A stretch of DNA of 64,000 nucleotides from an uncultured Candidatus Saccharibacteria bacterium (GTDB lineage Bacteria; Patescibacteriota; Minisyncoccia; Phycocordibacterales; UBA9973). The stretch spans positions 920 to 64,919 of the forward strand of contig CAZHJZ010000005.1 in the NCBI GenBank assembly GCA_964532495.1, read 5' to 3'. The notes below the pieces were generated by a model. The model saw nothing but the letters and a program-made list of their open reading frames with translations, did not search any database and had not been told where the DNA came from. This document shows positions 38,765 through 49,326 of the stretch, piece after piece. How positions within the stretch are numbered: the stretch's first letter is position 1; each line of letters begins with the position of its first letter. Made by a program: the position numbers and the translations under genes.

Positions 38765-39328
38765 TTGAAAGAAAGAATCAACAATCAAATACGCGCCAAG
38801 GAGCTTCGCGTCCTCGTTGAGGACGGAGACAACCTCGGGGTTTTACCATTTGCAGACGCATTGGCAAAAGCTCAGGAACTCGGCCTCGACTTGATCGAGA
38901 TCTCCCCTAACGCTCTGCCTCCGGTTGCCAAAATCATGGATTACGGCAAATACCTCTACGTGGAGAGCAAAAAGGCAAAAAAGATGCGGGCAGGCGCCAA
39001 GACAAGCGAGACCAAAGCTATTCAGATCAAAGTCGGCACAGGCGATCATGACCTTGAACTTAAGGCCAAGACTGCCTCAAAGTGGCTTGCTGAAGGGCAC
39101 CGTATCAAAGTTGAGCTCTACCTCTCAGGACGAGCGAAGTACATGGCTGACGCATTCCTCAAGGAACGCCTCGACCGAGTGCTCAAACTTATCACTGAGA
39201 ACTATAAGATCTCCGATCCGGCAAAGCGCGGTCCGAAAGGGCTTCAGCTCACCATCGAACGAGACCTTGCGAAGAAATCTGACCCCGGCAAAGTTTCGCC
39301 GGATAAACCAACCATAATTACCAGTTAA
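38765..39328 (+). CDS. infC: Translation initiation factor IF-3 (TTG start)
   Basis: 'INNQIRAKELRVL...LDLIEISPNA' is typical of IF3. Confidence 0.85.
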   Translation: MKERINNQIRAKELRVLVEDGDNLGVLPFADALAKAQELGLDLIEISPNALPPVAKIMDYGKYLYVESKKAKKMRAGAKTSETKAIQIKVGTGDHDLELKAKTASKWLAEGHRIKVELYLSGRAKYMADAFLKERLDRVLKLITENYKISDPAKRGPKGLQLTIERDLAKKSDPGKVSPDKPTIITS

Positions 39329-39340
39329 CCGTATAACATC

Positions 39341-39541
39341 ATGGCTAAAGGAATGAAAACAAAAAAGGCATTGATGAAGCGAGTAAAGATCTCGAAAAAG
39401 ACAGGCAAGCTTTCAGCTCGCACACCGGGATTCAACCACTTCAATGCAAAGCAAAGTCGAACAAAGCAGCTCGCGGGACGCAAGTCAAAGACTCTTGTAA
39501 TCAAGAACAAGGCTCGCAGCTATCTCTTACCATTTAACTAA
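39341..39541 (+). CDS. rpmI: 50S ribosomal protein L35
   Basis: 'MAKGMKTKKALMKRVKISKKTGK'. Confidence 0.85.
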   Translation: MAKGMKTKKALMKRVKISKKTGKLSARTPGFNHFNAKQSRTKQLAGRKSKTLVIKNKARSYLLPFN

Positions 39542-39551
39542 TTAAACTGAT

Positions 39552-39896
39552 ATGTCACGAGTAAAACGAGGTGTCATCAAGGCTAAGCGCCGACGAAACA
39601 CCCTCGCCCAAGTCAAAGGCTACCGATTTGGACGCAGTACTAAGGAAGCTATGGCTCGCGATGCGATCCGACACGCAGGTGCTCACGCATTCGCTCACCG
39701 ACGAGACAAGAAGAATGACAAGCGCATGCTTTGGAACACAAAGATCAGCGCAAGCGCTATCACCTTCTCGCTCTCATACTCTAAGCTCATGGGAGGTCTC
39801 AAGAAAAAAGGAATTCTCCTTGATCGAAAGATTCTCGCAACGCTTGCAGAAAAGAACCCAGAAACATTTGAACGTTTGATCGCACAGGTTAAATAA
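39552..39896 (+). CDS. rplT: 50S ribosomal protein L20
   Basis: 'MSRVKRGVIKAKRRRNTLAQVKGYRFGRS'. Confidence 0.9.
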   Translation: MSRVKRGVIKAKRRRNTLAQVKGYRFGRSTKEAMARDAIRHAGAHAFAHRRDKKNDKRMLWNTKISASAITFSLSYSKLMGGLKKKGILLDRKILATLAEKNPETFERLIAQVK

Positions 39897-39904
39897 TCAA
39901 AAAG

Positions 39905-39935
39905 AAAAACCTCCCATATGGGAGGTTTTTCTTTT
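39905..39935. terminator. Bidirectional terminator (CCTCCCATATGGGAGG palindrome with A/T runs)
   Basis: Lies between convergent rplT and the giant surface-protein gene. Confidence 0.7.
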
Positions 39936-39947
39936 TGATATCCAGCT

Positions 39948-42900
39948 TTATTTCTTCAGAAGAATAGCGTTCACATAGCTTTTTGTCAGCGGTCCGAAGA
40001 ATCCGCTCGTAGGCTTGATGCCATATGCTTTTTGGAACTTAACTAATGCATTGAAGGTTGCTCGTCCAAAGAAGTTTGTTTCCTTACCAGGAGAGCCTGC
40101 GCCAGAAACACTGACCGGGAATCCATTGGTGTTCAAGAATATTTGAAGGCGGAGAACTTCTATGTTGGTAGTACCAAGCGCTAAAGTCCTCGTGAACTGT
40201 GGAAGTGTTTCTTTTTGAGGCTGCTGCGGAGTGACCGGCACCTGCTGTGTTGGAATTGTCTGAGGCAGTGTTGTTGGCCCAAGGAAAGCAATGCCTACTG
40301 AACCACCATCAGTTGAAGTGCTTGGCGGCGTGACGACTACTGGCGCTGAAGTAATAGTAAATGACGAGACTGCGAGCGGAGTGGAAACATTACCGATAGA
40401 GTCAGTCACTGTTACTGTACAGTTAGTATAAGTACCAACCGCAAGAGTGTTGAATATAACCGTATTTGATCCTGTAGTCGCAGATGTAGTCGCTGATGAA
40501 CACGAACCGCCGTAGATAATAGTTCCGGATTCGCTTGAAGTAAAGGTATAGCTTGGAGTTTGGTTAGTCGCAGGAGTAGCAACGGGTCCTGTCTGAGAAA
40601 GTACAGGAGCAACTGTGTCGATCACAATATCCTTATTTGCCGCCAAATTTGTTGCTGGAGAATAATCAGTCATTGGATTGCTTGTCTGGTCGTTGATCGT
40701 TCCTGAAATACTATTCACATTTAAATCAGAACTAATATCGCCTGCCTGGACAGTGTAGTTACAGCTTCCTGATGCTGCGTTTGTAACAGTAAATGTACAA
40801 GTGCGATCTGTAGTGCCAGTTTCCATAGTAACAGTAACATTACCAGTTGAAGTGACGGCTTCTGAGAAAGTAACCTGAATAGCGATAACCTCGCCAACAG
40901 TGTAACCACCATTTGTTTTATTTGAAGTGACGTTAGTGACAGTCGGCGCGCCAGCATCAACGGTAAACGTACTTACTGCGAGTGCTACTGAAATATTTCC
41001 GGCAAGATCAGTTATGGCAACAGTACAGTTTGAGTATGTTCCGCCGGCGAGCGCACTGAAAGTAATGGTATTTGATCCCGTAGTTGCAGATGTAGCAGCA
41101 GATGAACAAGATCCTCCATATGAGAGCGTGCCGCCTTCGTTCGTTGAGAATGTATAGTTCGGTGTAGTGTCATTTGTCGGTGTGGTAACTGGAGTTACTT
41201 CAGTCAGCGTTGGCGGGTTGGTATCGATAACAATTGCCTTGTTAGCAGCCAAATTAGTAGCAGGCACAAAGTTTGTCATTGCATTCCCCGCTTGGTCATT
41301 GATTGTTCCTGCAATAGTATTGACATCTAAATCACTACTCAAATCTCCTGGCTGGACAGTGTAGTTGCAGCTTGCAGAAGTTGCGTTCGAAACTGTAAAT
41401 GAACAAGTTTGATCAGTGATTCCGGTTTCGAGTGTGACAGTTACTGAACCAGTTGAAGTGACTGCTTCTGAGAATGTAACCTGAATAGCGATCACCTCCC
41501 CGGCCTTATATGAACCATCGGCCTTGCTTGAAGTAACGTTTGTAATTGCTGGAGCGGTTGTCTCAATAGTAAAGCTTGGAACTGAAAGTATATTTGAAGC
41601 ATTACCAACAGCATCAGTAACCGTGATTGTACAGTTTGAATATGTACCTACTGCCAACGCAGTGAAAGTAATAGTATTTGATCCGCTTGTCGCTAAAGTT
41701 GTCGCTGAAGAGCATGAACCGCCATATGAAATTGTCCCCGCTTCACTGGTTGTGAAAACATAGTTCGGCGTAGTGTCATTTGTCGGTGTCGAAACAGCTG
41801 TCACCTGTGAAATCGTTGGACCTGTTGTATCAATAACCAAGGCTTTGTTGGCAGCAAGATTGGTTGCTGGCACGAAGTTCGTCATCGGATTTGCTGACTG
41901 GTCGGCAATTGTTCCCGAGATAGTATTCACATTCAAATCTCCGCTTGTGTCGCCTGCCTGGACAGTGTAATTACATGATCCAGACGCGCTATTGGAAACG
42001 CTAAATGTACATGTTCTATCAGTTGCACCGGTCTCAAGAGTTACGATGACATTGCCTGTTGAGGTGACCGCTTCAGAGAATGTAACCTGTATAGCGATCA
42101 CTTCCCCAATACCATATGTGCCGTTTGTTTTTGATGAAGTGACATTCGTAATTGTTGGAGCGTCTGCGTCGAGAGTTGTGAAACTCCAAGCTGTTGTGCT
42201 TGAAATACCCGCATAGCTGTTTGTAGCAGCATCGAGGAATGCACCTGAATCAATTTGGACATAGTATTCAGTGAAGCCTGCAAGCGTTACCGAAGGATCT
42301 ATGGTGATAGTTGTTGTGCCGGAGCCAGTTACCTGTCCGCTTCCGACAGCAATTGTTTCTACTGTTGAATTATCAGATGTTTTTTTGATAGTAATATTGC
42401 CAGTATTTACTGTAACCGCCTCATTGAATGTCATAACCAGGTTTGCAGCCGCAGAAACTCCAGTAGCATTATCCGCCGGTGAAAGTGTTGAAACAGTTGG
42501 CGCGGTAGTATCTACTCTAAAAGTAGTGACGCTGAGGGGTGTTGATGCATTTAATGCTGTGTCTGTGACAGTAATCGTACAATTACTATATGTAGCGTCA
42601 GTAAGCGTATTGAATGTAATGGTGTTGCTTCCAACAGTCGCAGATGTAGTCGCTGATGAGCATGAACCTCCGTAGGTAATAGTACCCGCTTCATTTATTG
42701 TAAATGTATAGTCAGGAGTTGCATCATTTGTTGGAGTCAAAACAGGAGTAACTTCCGAAATCGTTGGTGCAGTCACATCACCGGATGAAGGAGTAACCGA
42801 GTTTGAAGCCGCTGACTGGCTGCTTGAACCAGCAGTGTTTGTTCCATACACTTTAAACGTATATGGCGTTGCCGAAAGACCGCTTACCGTAATCGGTGAT

Positions 42901-45900
42901 GAACTTCCAGTTCCGGTAATGCTGCTCGGTGTTGAGATCGCAGTATAGGTAACATCCGCTCCCCCATCGAAATCTGAAATTGTAAATGCAACGTTTGCAG
43001 AACCTGCGCCAGCGGACGCTGTACCGATGGTTGGGGTGCTTGGAGCAACCACATCGGTGTATCCAATACGTGCCAAACCATCACGCCATACATGGCCGAT
43101 GATTGTTCGAGCTGCGTCATTTTCATGAATATGGTCATGACTCAATCCATCATAAATTGAATTAAGATTGCCAGATCCATCATTCAAGAGATCAGTATGT
43201 CGGTATACGCGAGCATCCACGCCGGTAATTGGCGTTGCGCCATTGCCCTTGATAGCATCATTTACATCAAGCCATTTCTGATAAGCAATCAATCCATTTG
43301 TAGAGCCGTACACATCGATATATCGTTGCTTCGCTGGTGTCATAGTAGCAATAACAATCTTTGAACCGGCCTTCTTGTTTGCGTTGATAGTCGTGATGAG
43401 GTCTTGAAGACGAGCAATGGCAACGCTTGCTGCTTCTGCAGGATCAAGGTCATTGAGTCCAATTTCAACGAACGTCACATCGAATGTTCCTCTGTTCCCT
43501 GTTGCGAGATAGGCTGTTTTTTGTTGCGCAATAGTATTGCCTGGTACCGCAATACTTGTAGCCGACCAGCCCAAATTTGACTGCGCTGTTGTAAAGAGAT
43601 AGTTAATGATCTGTGATCCTCCATCATACGTGGCAACAGTACTATCACCAATTGCAAGTGCGGTTCCATACACTGAGTACGAAAATGGTACATGGTTGGC
43701 AAGGGATCCATTGTTGGTAATTGAAATTGTTTTTGTTCCCGGTTGATATGGAGTGTAGGTAAATGTAGCTGTTGGTGAGCCTGAAGAAATCGAGACAGTG
43801 GTAGGAGTAAATGTTCCACCAGCACCACTATCGCTTGGAGTAACCACTACTGTGCCAGTAATCAAACCATCGGCCCCTATGCCAAAGGTGCTTGAAGCAA
43901 CACCTACTGCCCCGCTTGAAGGAGCAGTCATGGTAATAGTTGTGGCTGGTCCATTGGGATTTGCGGTAAATGCGAATCCTGCTGGATTCGTCAATGCATC
44001 ATTGTTTGTAAGAGAAATTGTTTTTGCTCCCACTGATTCAGGAGTATACGTAAATGTTGCAGTAGGAACAGATGGTGTAAGAGTGACGCTTGTTGGAGTA
44101 AAAGTTCCGCCATCACCGCCGTCATTTGGTGTCACAACAACATCATATGCAAGTGTGCCGTCTACACTCACCGTAAAATTTGTTGAGGCTAGGGTTGTAA
44201 GTCCAGACGATGGGCCTGACAATGAGATGTTAGCCGCTGCTGCTGCGAGAGTAGCATGGACACCAATTCGTGTGCTGTTCAAATCACTGTAGATAGCAAC
44301 ATGCTGCAATCTACCGCCGACGTAACCACCAGCTCCACCGTTTGACATCAAGTACAATGAAAGATTTCCGAACGCATTTGTGTTGTTATTTAAAAATGGC
44401 CTTGAAGTCGGGGTTACTAATGTTCCATCTATATAAGTATCAACCTCGTTGGCTGGCTGAGTTTTATCGAACACTGTAACAACATGATGCCAGGCACCAA
44501 CTGTTGGACGAGTATAGAGAGCGCCATTATAGCCAACGTTTCCAAAAAGTGCAGTCAGTGCGTCGGCGGTGCTACCACTAGTTCCTCCATCCACAACATA
44601 GCCAAATGTCCCATTTGTTTGTCCAAGGCTGGTACCATATCCCCATAGATTTTTTGGTGATATCGATCCATACGTAGGGATATACACCAATCCTTCAACA
44701 ACTAATTTGCTATATGAAGAAAGACTGAGTGCCGAAGCAGAGACTGCATAATCATTTACACCATCAAACGAAACAGCTGTACCGCCAGTTTTTCCCACAG
44801 CACCAACGGTGGCACCACCAGTGAGCGTGAGTGCGGTTCCACCGACTGTAGCGGCAAGCGAAGTACCCGATGATTCATTCATTTTCCAGTAGTAAAGCAA
44901 GTTGCTCTCCGCTCCCACTGTTTGCGTATAAGTAGCAATAGTAGCAAAGTAACTGACTGAGCTTGGATTTACCAGTCCACCATTGTTTGTAACTGAAATA
45001 GTTTTCGTACCTGTTGAACCTGCAGTGTACGTGAAAGTTGCAGTTGGTGAGCCGGCAGAAATTGCCACGCTTGTTGGGGTAAATGTTCCCCCACCGCTTG
45101 AATCACTTGGAGTAACGGTTACTGTTCCAGTAATAGCTCCGTCTGCACCAACAGTGAAGTTGGTCGAAGCAAATGCAACACTACCGCTTGAAGGACCAGA
45201 AAGTGTTACCGCTGTTGCTGCATTACTTGAAACATAGCTAAGTGAGCTCGGATTGGAGAGACTCTGGTTGTTTGTTACAGAAATTGTTTTAGTTCCAGTA
45301 GATGCAGGTGTATACGTGAAAGTTGCAGTAGGAGTCCCCGAAGAAAGTGTAACTGTAGTTGGAGTAAAGGTACCACCATTGCCTCCATCGCTCGGAGTAA
45401 CAATAGTACTTGCCGAAAAAGTAGCATTTCCTCCAACAGTGAAGTTAGTTGAAGCAACGCCATTCAAACCATTGGTCGGACCAGTAAGCGTGATCGCTGT
45501 CGCTGTATTCAACAGATCAGCATGAGCCGCAATGCGTGCAGCGCTCAAATCGCTATAAATCGCCACGTGCTGGATGTATCCAGCAGTAAAGGCAGACGCT
45601 CCGGCACGGCTCATCAGATACAATGTGAGGTTTGCAAAATTGTTCGTGTTATTGAAATCGTATGGACGAGAAGTTGCAGTTTGCAAGACACCGTCAATAT
45701 AAAAAGCTGTTTCACCGCTTGAGAGGCTTTTATCATACACTGCAACAACATGATGCCATGCTGCTGCTGATTGTCGATTATACAATGCAATGCTGTAGTT
45801 AGTATTACCCAAAAGAGCAACGTTTGCGGCAGCTGTCGTGTTGTTCACTCCACCATCTGCGGAATACATAAATGACCCATTCGAACCGCTGACATCAGTA

Positions 45901-46280
45901 CCGTATTCCCAAACGTTTTTTGCTAAAGTCGTAGGAGTCGGATATGACGGGATGTATACGAGCGCCTCAACCACTACTTTGTTGTAGGTAGAAAGACTGA
46001 GAGCTGAAGCTGTCGAAGCTGTATCGTTTACTCCATCAAATGATACAGCTGCTCCGTCGATACGGCCAGCAACACCAGGAACTGCGCCGTTAACCAGGTT
46101 AATATTTACTCCCCCAACAAGCGCGGTTTCAACTGTTCCGGATGACGCATCCATCGGCCAGTAGTATTTCAAATTGGTTTCGCCCTGAACAACGTCTCGG
46201 TACGCAGCAAGAGCCCCGTGGGAAAATCCCAGGAACATTGAAAAGGCCAGTATAAGAAGGAGAATTCGTTTGATTTTCAT
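39948..46280 (-). CDS. Giant (2110 aa) cell-surface protein with C-terminal peptidoglycan-binding domain
   Basis: Signal peptide; two LamG-like modules ('DGVND...LYLMS'); Thr/Ser-rich Ig-like repeats 'TFTYTP..TGTKTISVTNN'. 'AIGDSTVA' GDSL-esterase-like block; FN3-like segment. Five or more repeats of '...TPTNDTTPNYTF...YGGSCSSATTSAT'. The C-terminus matches PG_binding_1 ('FGRATFNALVKFQKAYGIKPTSGFFGP'). Confidence 0.7.
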   Translation of the reverse strand: MKIKRILLLILAFSMFLGFSHGALAAYRDVVQGETNLKYYWPMDASSGTVETALVGGVNINLVNGAVPGVAGRIDGAAVSFDGVNDTASTASALSLSTYNKVVVEALVYIPSYPTPTTLAKNVWEYGTDVSGSNGSFMYSADGGVNNTTAAANVALLGNTNYSIALYNRQSAAAWHHVVAVYDKSLSSGETAFYIDGVLQTATSRPYDFNNTNNFANLTLYLMSRAGASAFTAGYIQHVAIYSDLSAARIAAHADLLNTATAITLTGPTNGLNGVASTNFTVGGNATFSASTIVTPSDGGNGGTFTPTTVTLSSGTPTATFTYTPASTGTKTISVTNNQSLSNPSSLSYVSSNAATAVTLSGPSSGSVAFASTNFTVGADGAITGTVTVTPSDSSGGGTFTPTSVAISAGSPTATFTYTAGSTGTKTISVTNNGGLVNPSSVSYFATIATYTQTVGAESNLLYYWKMNESSGTSLAATVGGTALTLTGGATVGAVGKTGGTAVSFDGVNDYAVSASALSLSSYSKLVVEGLVYIPTYGSISPKNLWGYGTSLGQTNGTFGYVVDGGTSGSTADALTALFGNVGYNGALYTRPTVGAWHHVVTVFDKTQPANEVDTYIDGTLVTPTSRPFLNNNTNAFGNLSLYLMSNGGAGGYVGGRLQHVAIYSDLNSTRIGVHATLAAAAANISLSGPSSGLTTLASTNFTVSVDGTLAYDVVVTPNDGGDGGTFTPTSVTLTPSVPTATFTYTPESVGAKTISLTNNDALTNPAGFAFTANPNGPATTITMTAPSSGAVGVASSTFGIGADGLITGTVVVTPSDSGAGGTFTPTTVSISSGSPTATFTYTPYQPGTKTISITNNGSLANHVPFSYSVYGTALAIGDSTVATYDGGSQIINYLFTTAQSNLGWSATSIAVPGNTIAQQKTAYLATGNRGTFDVTFVEIGLNDLDPAEAASVAIARLQDLITTINANKKAGSKIVIATMTPAKQRYIDVYGSTNGLIAYQKWLDVNDAIKGNGATPITGVDARVYRHTDLLNDGSGNLNSIYDGLSHDHIHENDAARTIIGHVWRDGLARIGYTDVVAPSTPTIGTASAGAGSANVAFTISDFDGGADVTYTAISTPSSITGTGSSSPITVSGLSATPYTFKVYGTNTAGSSSQSAASNSVTPSSGDVTAPTISEVTPVLTPTNDATPDYTFTINEAGTITYGGSCSSATTSATVGSNTITFNTLTDATYSNCTITVTDTALNASTPLSVTTFRVDTTAPTVSTLSPADNATGVSAAANLVMTFNEAVTVNTGNITIKKTSDNSTVETIAVGSGQVTGSGTTTITIDPSVTLAGFTEYYVQIDSGAFLDAATNSYAGISSTTAWSFTTLDADAPTITNVTSSKTNGTYGIGEVIAIQVTFSEAVTSTGNVIVTLETGATDRTCTFSVSNSASGSCNYTVQAGDTSGDLNVNTISGTIADQSANPMTNFVPATNLAANKALVIDTTGPTISQVTAVSTPTNDTTPNYVFTTSEAGTISYGGSCSSATTLATSGSNTITFTALAVGTYSNCTITVTDAVGNASNILSVPSFTIETTAPAITNVTSSKADGSYKAGEVIAIQVTFSEAVTSTGSVTVTLETGITDQTCSFTVSNATSASCNYTVQPGDLSSDLDVNTIAGTINDQAGNAMTNFVPATNLAANKAIVIDTNPPTLTEVTPVTTPTNDTTPNYTFSTNEGGTLSYGGSCSSAATSATTGSNTITFSALAGGTYSNCTVAITDLAGNISVALAVSTFTVDAGAPTVTNVTSNKTNGGYTVGEVIAIQVTFSEAVTSTGNVTVTMETGTTDRTCTFTVTNAASGSCNYTVQAGDISSDLNVNSISGTINDQTSNPMTDYSPATNLAANKDIVIDTVAPVLSQTGPVATPATNQTPSYTFTSSESGTIIYGGSCSSATTSATTGSNTVIFNTLAVGTYTNCTVTVTDSIGNVSTPLAVSSFTITSAPVVVTPPSTSTDGGSVGIAFLGPTTLPQTIPTQQVPVTPQQPQKETLPQFTRTLALGTTNIEVLRLQIFLNTNGFPVSVSGAGSPGKETNFFGRATFNALVKFQKAYGIKPTSGFFGPLTKSYVNAILLKK

Positions 46281-46312
46281 AGATTTATCCTTTAATTATA
46301 CAGGAAAATCGT

Positions 46313-48724
46313 CTATAATCCCAATTTTTTGAAGAACAAATTCTTTACGAATTCAACTGAGATAAGATACGCGGCCACGATAGCGGAAATGTACATAATA
46401 ACCTTTGCTGTGAGTGCCGAAAAACCGATAATTGCTCCAATTGGAGTAAGGGCAATGGTCCATGCGATCCCCACAGCCACTAATGCCGACAGGATAACCG
46501 CTCCATGAGGGCGAATAGCTTTGAAAAATGGCTTATTCGAGCGGATTATGAAGATAACTAAGACTTGGGTAGCGAACGACTCAATAAACCAACCCGTCTG
46601 GAAAGCTGCGCCGGAAAGCATGAAAACTTTGTACAAAACGTAGAATGTCAGAAAATCAAATACAGAACTCAAAGTCCCGAACACCAGCATAAACTTCTTA
46701 ATAAACGCAATATTCCATGGATTTGGCTTTTTGAGGATATCTTGCTCGACATTATCGAATGTCAGTGCCATTTGTGAGCTTTCATAGAGTAGGTTATTGA
46801 GGAGGATTTGCACTGGAAGCATTGGAAGAAACGGCAAAAAGAGCGATGCTCCTGTCATGGAAAACATATTCCCGAAGTTCGAGCTGACAGCCATGGTGAT
46901 GTATTTGATCGTGTTTGCAAATGTTCGTCTCCCTTCCACAACTCCATCTATCAATTGTCGAAAACTTTTTGAAAGAAGAATAATGTCAGCCGCTTCTTTT
47001 GCAACATCAACAGCGTTGTCTACCGAGATACCTACGTCAGCTGTATGTAGAGCGGGAGCATCGTTAATACCATCGCCCATATATCCCACAACATGGTTGC
47101 GATTTTGCAGAACAGTGATAATGCGATTTTTTTGAACTGGAGTGACGCGGGCAAAGATCGTCGTCATTTCTGCTTTAAGTCCAAGTTCTTCGTCTGTAAG
47201 TTGGTCAATTTCTTGAGATGTGAGCACATCGCTCGGCAATCCGACTTCTTTGGCAATCTTCTGAGCAACTAGTGGATGGTCTCCAGTGATAATCTTGATA
47301 TTGATCCCTTTCTCTTCAAGTTCAGCAAGCACTTCTTTTACATCTGGTTTTGGGGGATCGATGAATGCAATGAAGCCGAGGAAGTCGAGATCGCATTCAT
47401 CTGAGATTTTGTATGTATGAGATTCAAACGAAAGTAATTTTGAAGCAACTGCAATAACTCTGTATCCATCTGCTGAAAGAGATTCAAAAAGCGCGCTGCT
47501 TTTTTCAGCGTCGCTCGCTGAAAGATTCGAGATAGTAAAAACTGATTCGGGAGAACCTTTTACGATCAGCGTGCGAGCTCCCGCATGATCTACGATCATG
47601 CTGTCTCTGCGACGTTCGAAGTCAAATGGTATCTCATCAACCTTCGCATACTCTCCAAGATCGAAATTTCTAAATTCACTGATAGCACTATCAAGTGGTG
47701 TCTTAGTTCCTGTATGGAACGCACTAGTAATATAAGCATGCTCAAGAACATCCGGAGAGTCAGCACCTCCAATATCTATATATTTTACAAGGGTTATATG
47801 ATCTTCGGTCAATGTTCCCGTCTTGTCAGTACAAAGAATATCCATGCTGCCAAAATTCTCTACAGATGAAAGTTTTTTGACGATAACTCCCTTGCCCGAC
47901 ATTTGAAGCGATGCTTTTGCGATGTTCGTAGCAATGATCATCGGCAACATTTCTGGTGTAAGGCCAACTGCTAAAGCTAATGCAAAGATGAGCGACTGAA
48001 GAAGGTCATGCTTGAATACTGCGTTTATTAAAAAAACAAAGATCGTCATTGAGAGCACTATCTTCGTAATGAGATAACTAAACTGCGTGATGCCGCGTTC
48101 AAATTCGCCAGGACGCTCTGCCGTTGCTAGCAACGCAACAATGGAATAGAATTTTGTTTTCGGTCCAGTCTGGGTAACTTGCATATAGGCGCGACCAGTT
48201 ACGACGCCGCTTCCCATAAAAACCTGTGCGCCGATATTTTTTTCAACCGGCACTGATTCGCCAGTAAGGCTGGATTCATTCGCATACAAATCGCTTCCTG
48301 AATGAATCACTCCATCAGCGGGAATAACTTTTCCTGCTTCAAGGATAACAATGTCGCCGGGTACTATTTTTGATACAAGAATATCTTGCTCAACACCGTC
48401 GCGGATCACCCGAGCAGACAGCGTGATCTTCGCAGCTAAAGCTTCAACCGCTTTCTCAGATTTTCGAGAAACAATAAAGTTAATGACTGAACTGATGATA
48501 ATGATGGCAACAATGAGAACTGCGCTGACATAATCTCCAGAGAATATTGAAATAAGTGATGCTCCAAGCAGCATCAATACAAGCGGGCTTTTAAATTCCT
48601 TGAGAAAAGCACCGAATGCCGACTGATGCTCTTCTTTAATGACGGCATTCGGACCGTGCTTCACTAGCAAATCCGCGGCCTCAGCTGAACTTAAACCTAT
48701 ACGTTCGGGAATGGAATTCGTCAT
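46313..48724 (-). CDS. Cation-transporting P-type ATPase (Mg2+/Ca2+-type, P2/P3)
   Basis: 'CTDKTGTLT' phosphorylation motif, 'MGDGINDAPAL', 'TGES'. Confidence 0.9.
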   Translation of the reverse strand: MTNSIPERIGLSSAEAADLLVKHGPNAVIKEEHQSAFGAFLKEFKSPLVLMLLGASLISIFSGDYVSAVLIVAIIIISSVINFIVSRKSEKAVEALAAKITLSARVIRDGVEQDILVSKIVPGDIVILEAGKVIPADGVIHSGSDLYANESSLTGESVPVEKNIGAQVFMGSGVVTGRAYMQVTQTGPKTKFYSIVALLATAERPGEFERGITQFSYLITKIVLSMTIFVFLINAVFKHDLLQSLIFALALAVGLTPEMLPMIIATNIAKASLQMSGKGVIVKKLSSVENFGSMDILCTDKTGTLTEDHITLVKYIDIGGADSPDVLEHAYITSAFHTGTKTPLDSAISEFRNFDLGEYAKVDEIPFDFERRRDSMIVDHAGARTLIVKGSPESVFTISNLSASDAEKSSALFESLSADGYRVIAVASKLLSFESHTYKISDECDLDFLGFIAFIDPPKPDVKEVLAELEEKGINIKIITGDHPLVAQKIAKEVGLPSDVLTSQEIDQLTDEELGLKAEMTTIFARVTPVQKNRIITVLQNRNHVVGYMGDGINDAPALHTADVGISVDNAVDVAKEAADIILLSKSFRQLIDGVVEGRRTFANTIKYITMAVSSNFGNMFSMTGASLFLPFLPMLPVQILLNNLLYESSQMALTFDNVEQDILKKPNPWNIAFIKKFMLVFGTLSSVFDFLTFYVLYKVFMLSGAAFQTGWFIESFATQVLVIFIIRSNKPFFKAIRPHGAVILSALVAVGIAWTIALTPIGAIIGFSALTAKVIMYISAIVAAYLISVEFVKNLFFKKLGL

Positions 48725-48730
48725 AAATGC

Positions 48731-49312
48731 TTAGCGTGGAGTTTGAGCGTTTCTGTCTGATTCGACAATAGCAAGGAGCTTTTGGATCAATACTTTTGGA
48801 TTTGGGTCGAAGATGACTTTCTGGGTTGGATATTCACCGCGACCAATAATGTCTTTTACAAGCGGAGCAATGCTTCCTTCACCTTCGAGAACGCCAATTG
48901 GCTTGCCTTCTTGGAATGCCACAGTGAATTCGTTCACCGTTCCTACACGTCCACAACCGACAATGATAGCATCAGCACTTCGAGAAAAGAGAAGATCACG
49001 TCCAGGTTCGCCAAATCCTGTGTAGATGACTATATCTGTATATAAAAGAGGCATGCGATACACCTCAACATGCTCTTTTTCGCTTGTTGCAGGAGAGAGA
49101 CCGACAACCGTTCCCTTTTCCTCTTTAGCGCCCATTGCTGCCCACATAGGAAAACCTGAGGAAGCGCCTGTAAGCAACAATGCGCCTTGGCGAACAACTT
49201 CCCTTCCGAGCTCTTTGGCCTGGTCGAGCGCATCAATACCGCAAGCGCCTGTTTCAGTTGCGCCGGAAATGCCGATCTTTATTTTGAGGTAATTATGTTT
49301 TCCTGCTTGCAT
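48731..49312 (-). CDS. LOG/TIGR00725-family (SLOG-like Rossmann) protein
   Basis: 'IGISGATETG...GALLLTGASSGFPMWAAMGA' and 'IIVGCGRVGT'. Confidence 0.5.
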   Translation of the reverse strand: MQAGKHNYLKIKIGISGATETGACGIDALDQAKELGREVVRQGALLLTGASSGFPMWAAMGAKEEKGTVVGLSPATSEKEHVEVYRMPLLYTDIVIYTGFGEPGRDLLFSRSADAIIVGCGRVGTVNEFTVAFQEGKPIGVLEGEGSIAPLVKDIIGRGEYPTQKVIFDPNPKVLIQKLLAIVESDRNAQTPR

Positions 49313-49326
49313 GAGATGTATCTATA

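Noticed and set aside
40412-45820. Numerous 60-165-aa antisense or alternate-frame ORFs inside the 2110-aa gene
   Set aside because: Their translations repeat each other (e.g. MSFVGV...) because the underlying Ig-like coding repeats are near-identical. They are frame artefacts of the big gene.
39948-46280. Diversity-generating retroelement targeting the giant protein
   Set aside because: No reverse transcriptase gene or obvious template repeat was found in this window, so it cannot be supported here.
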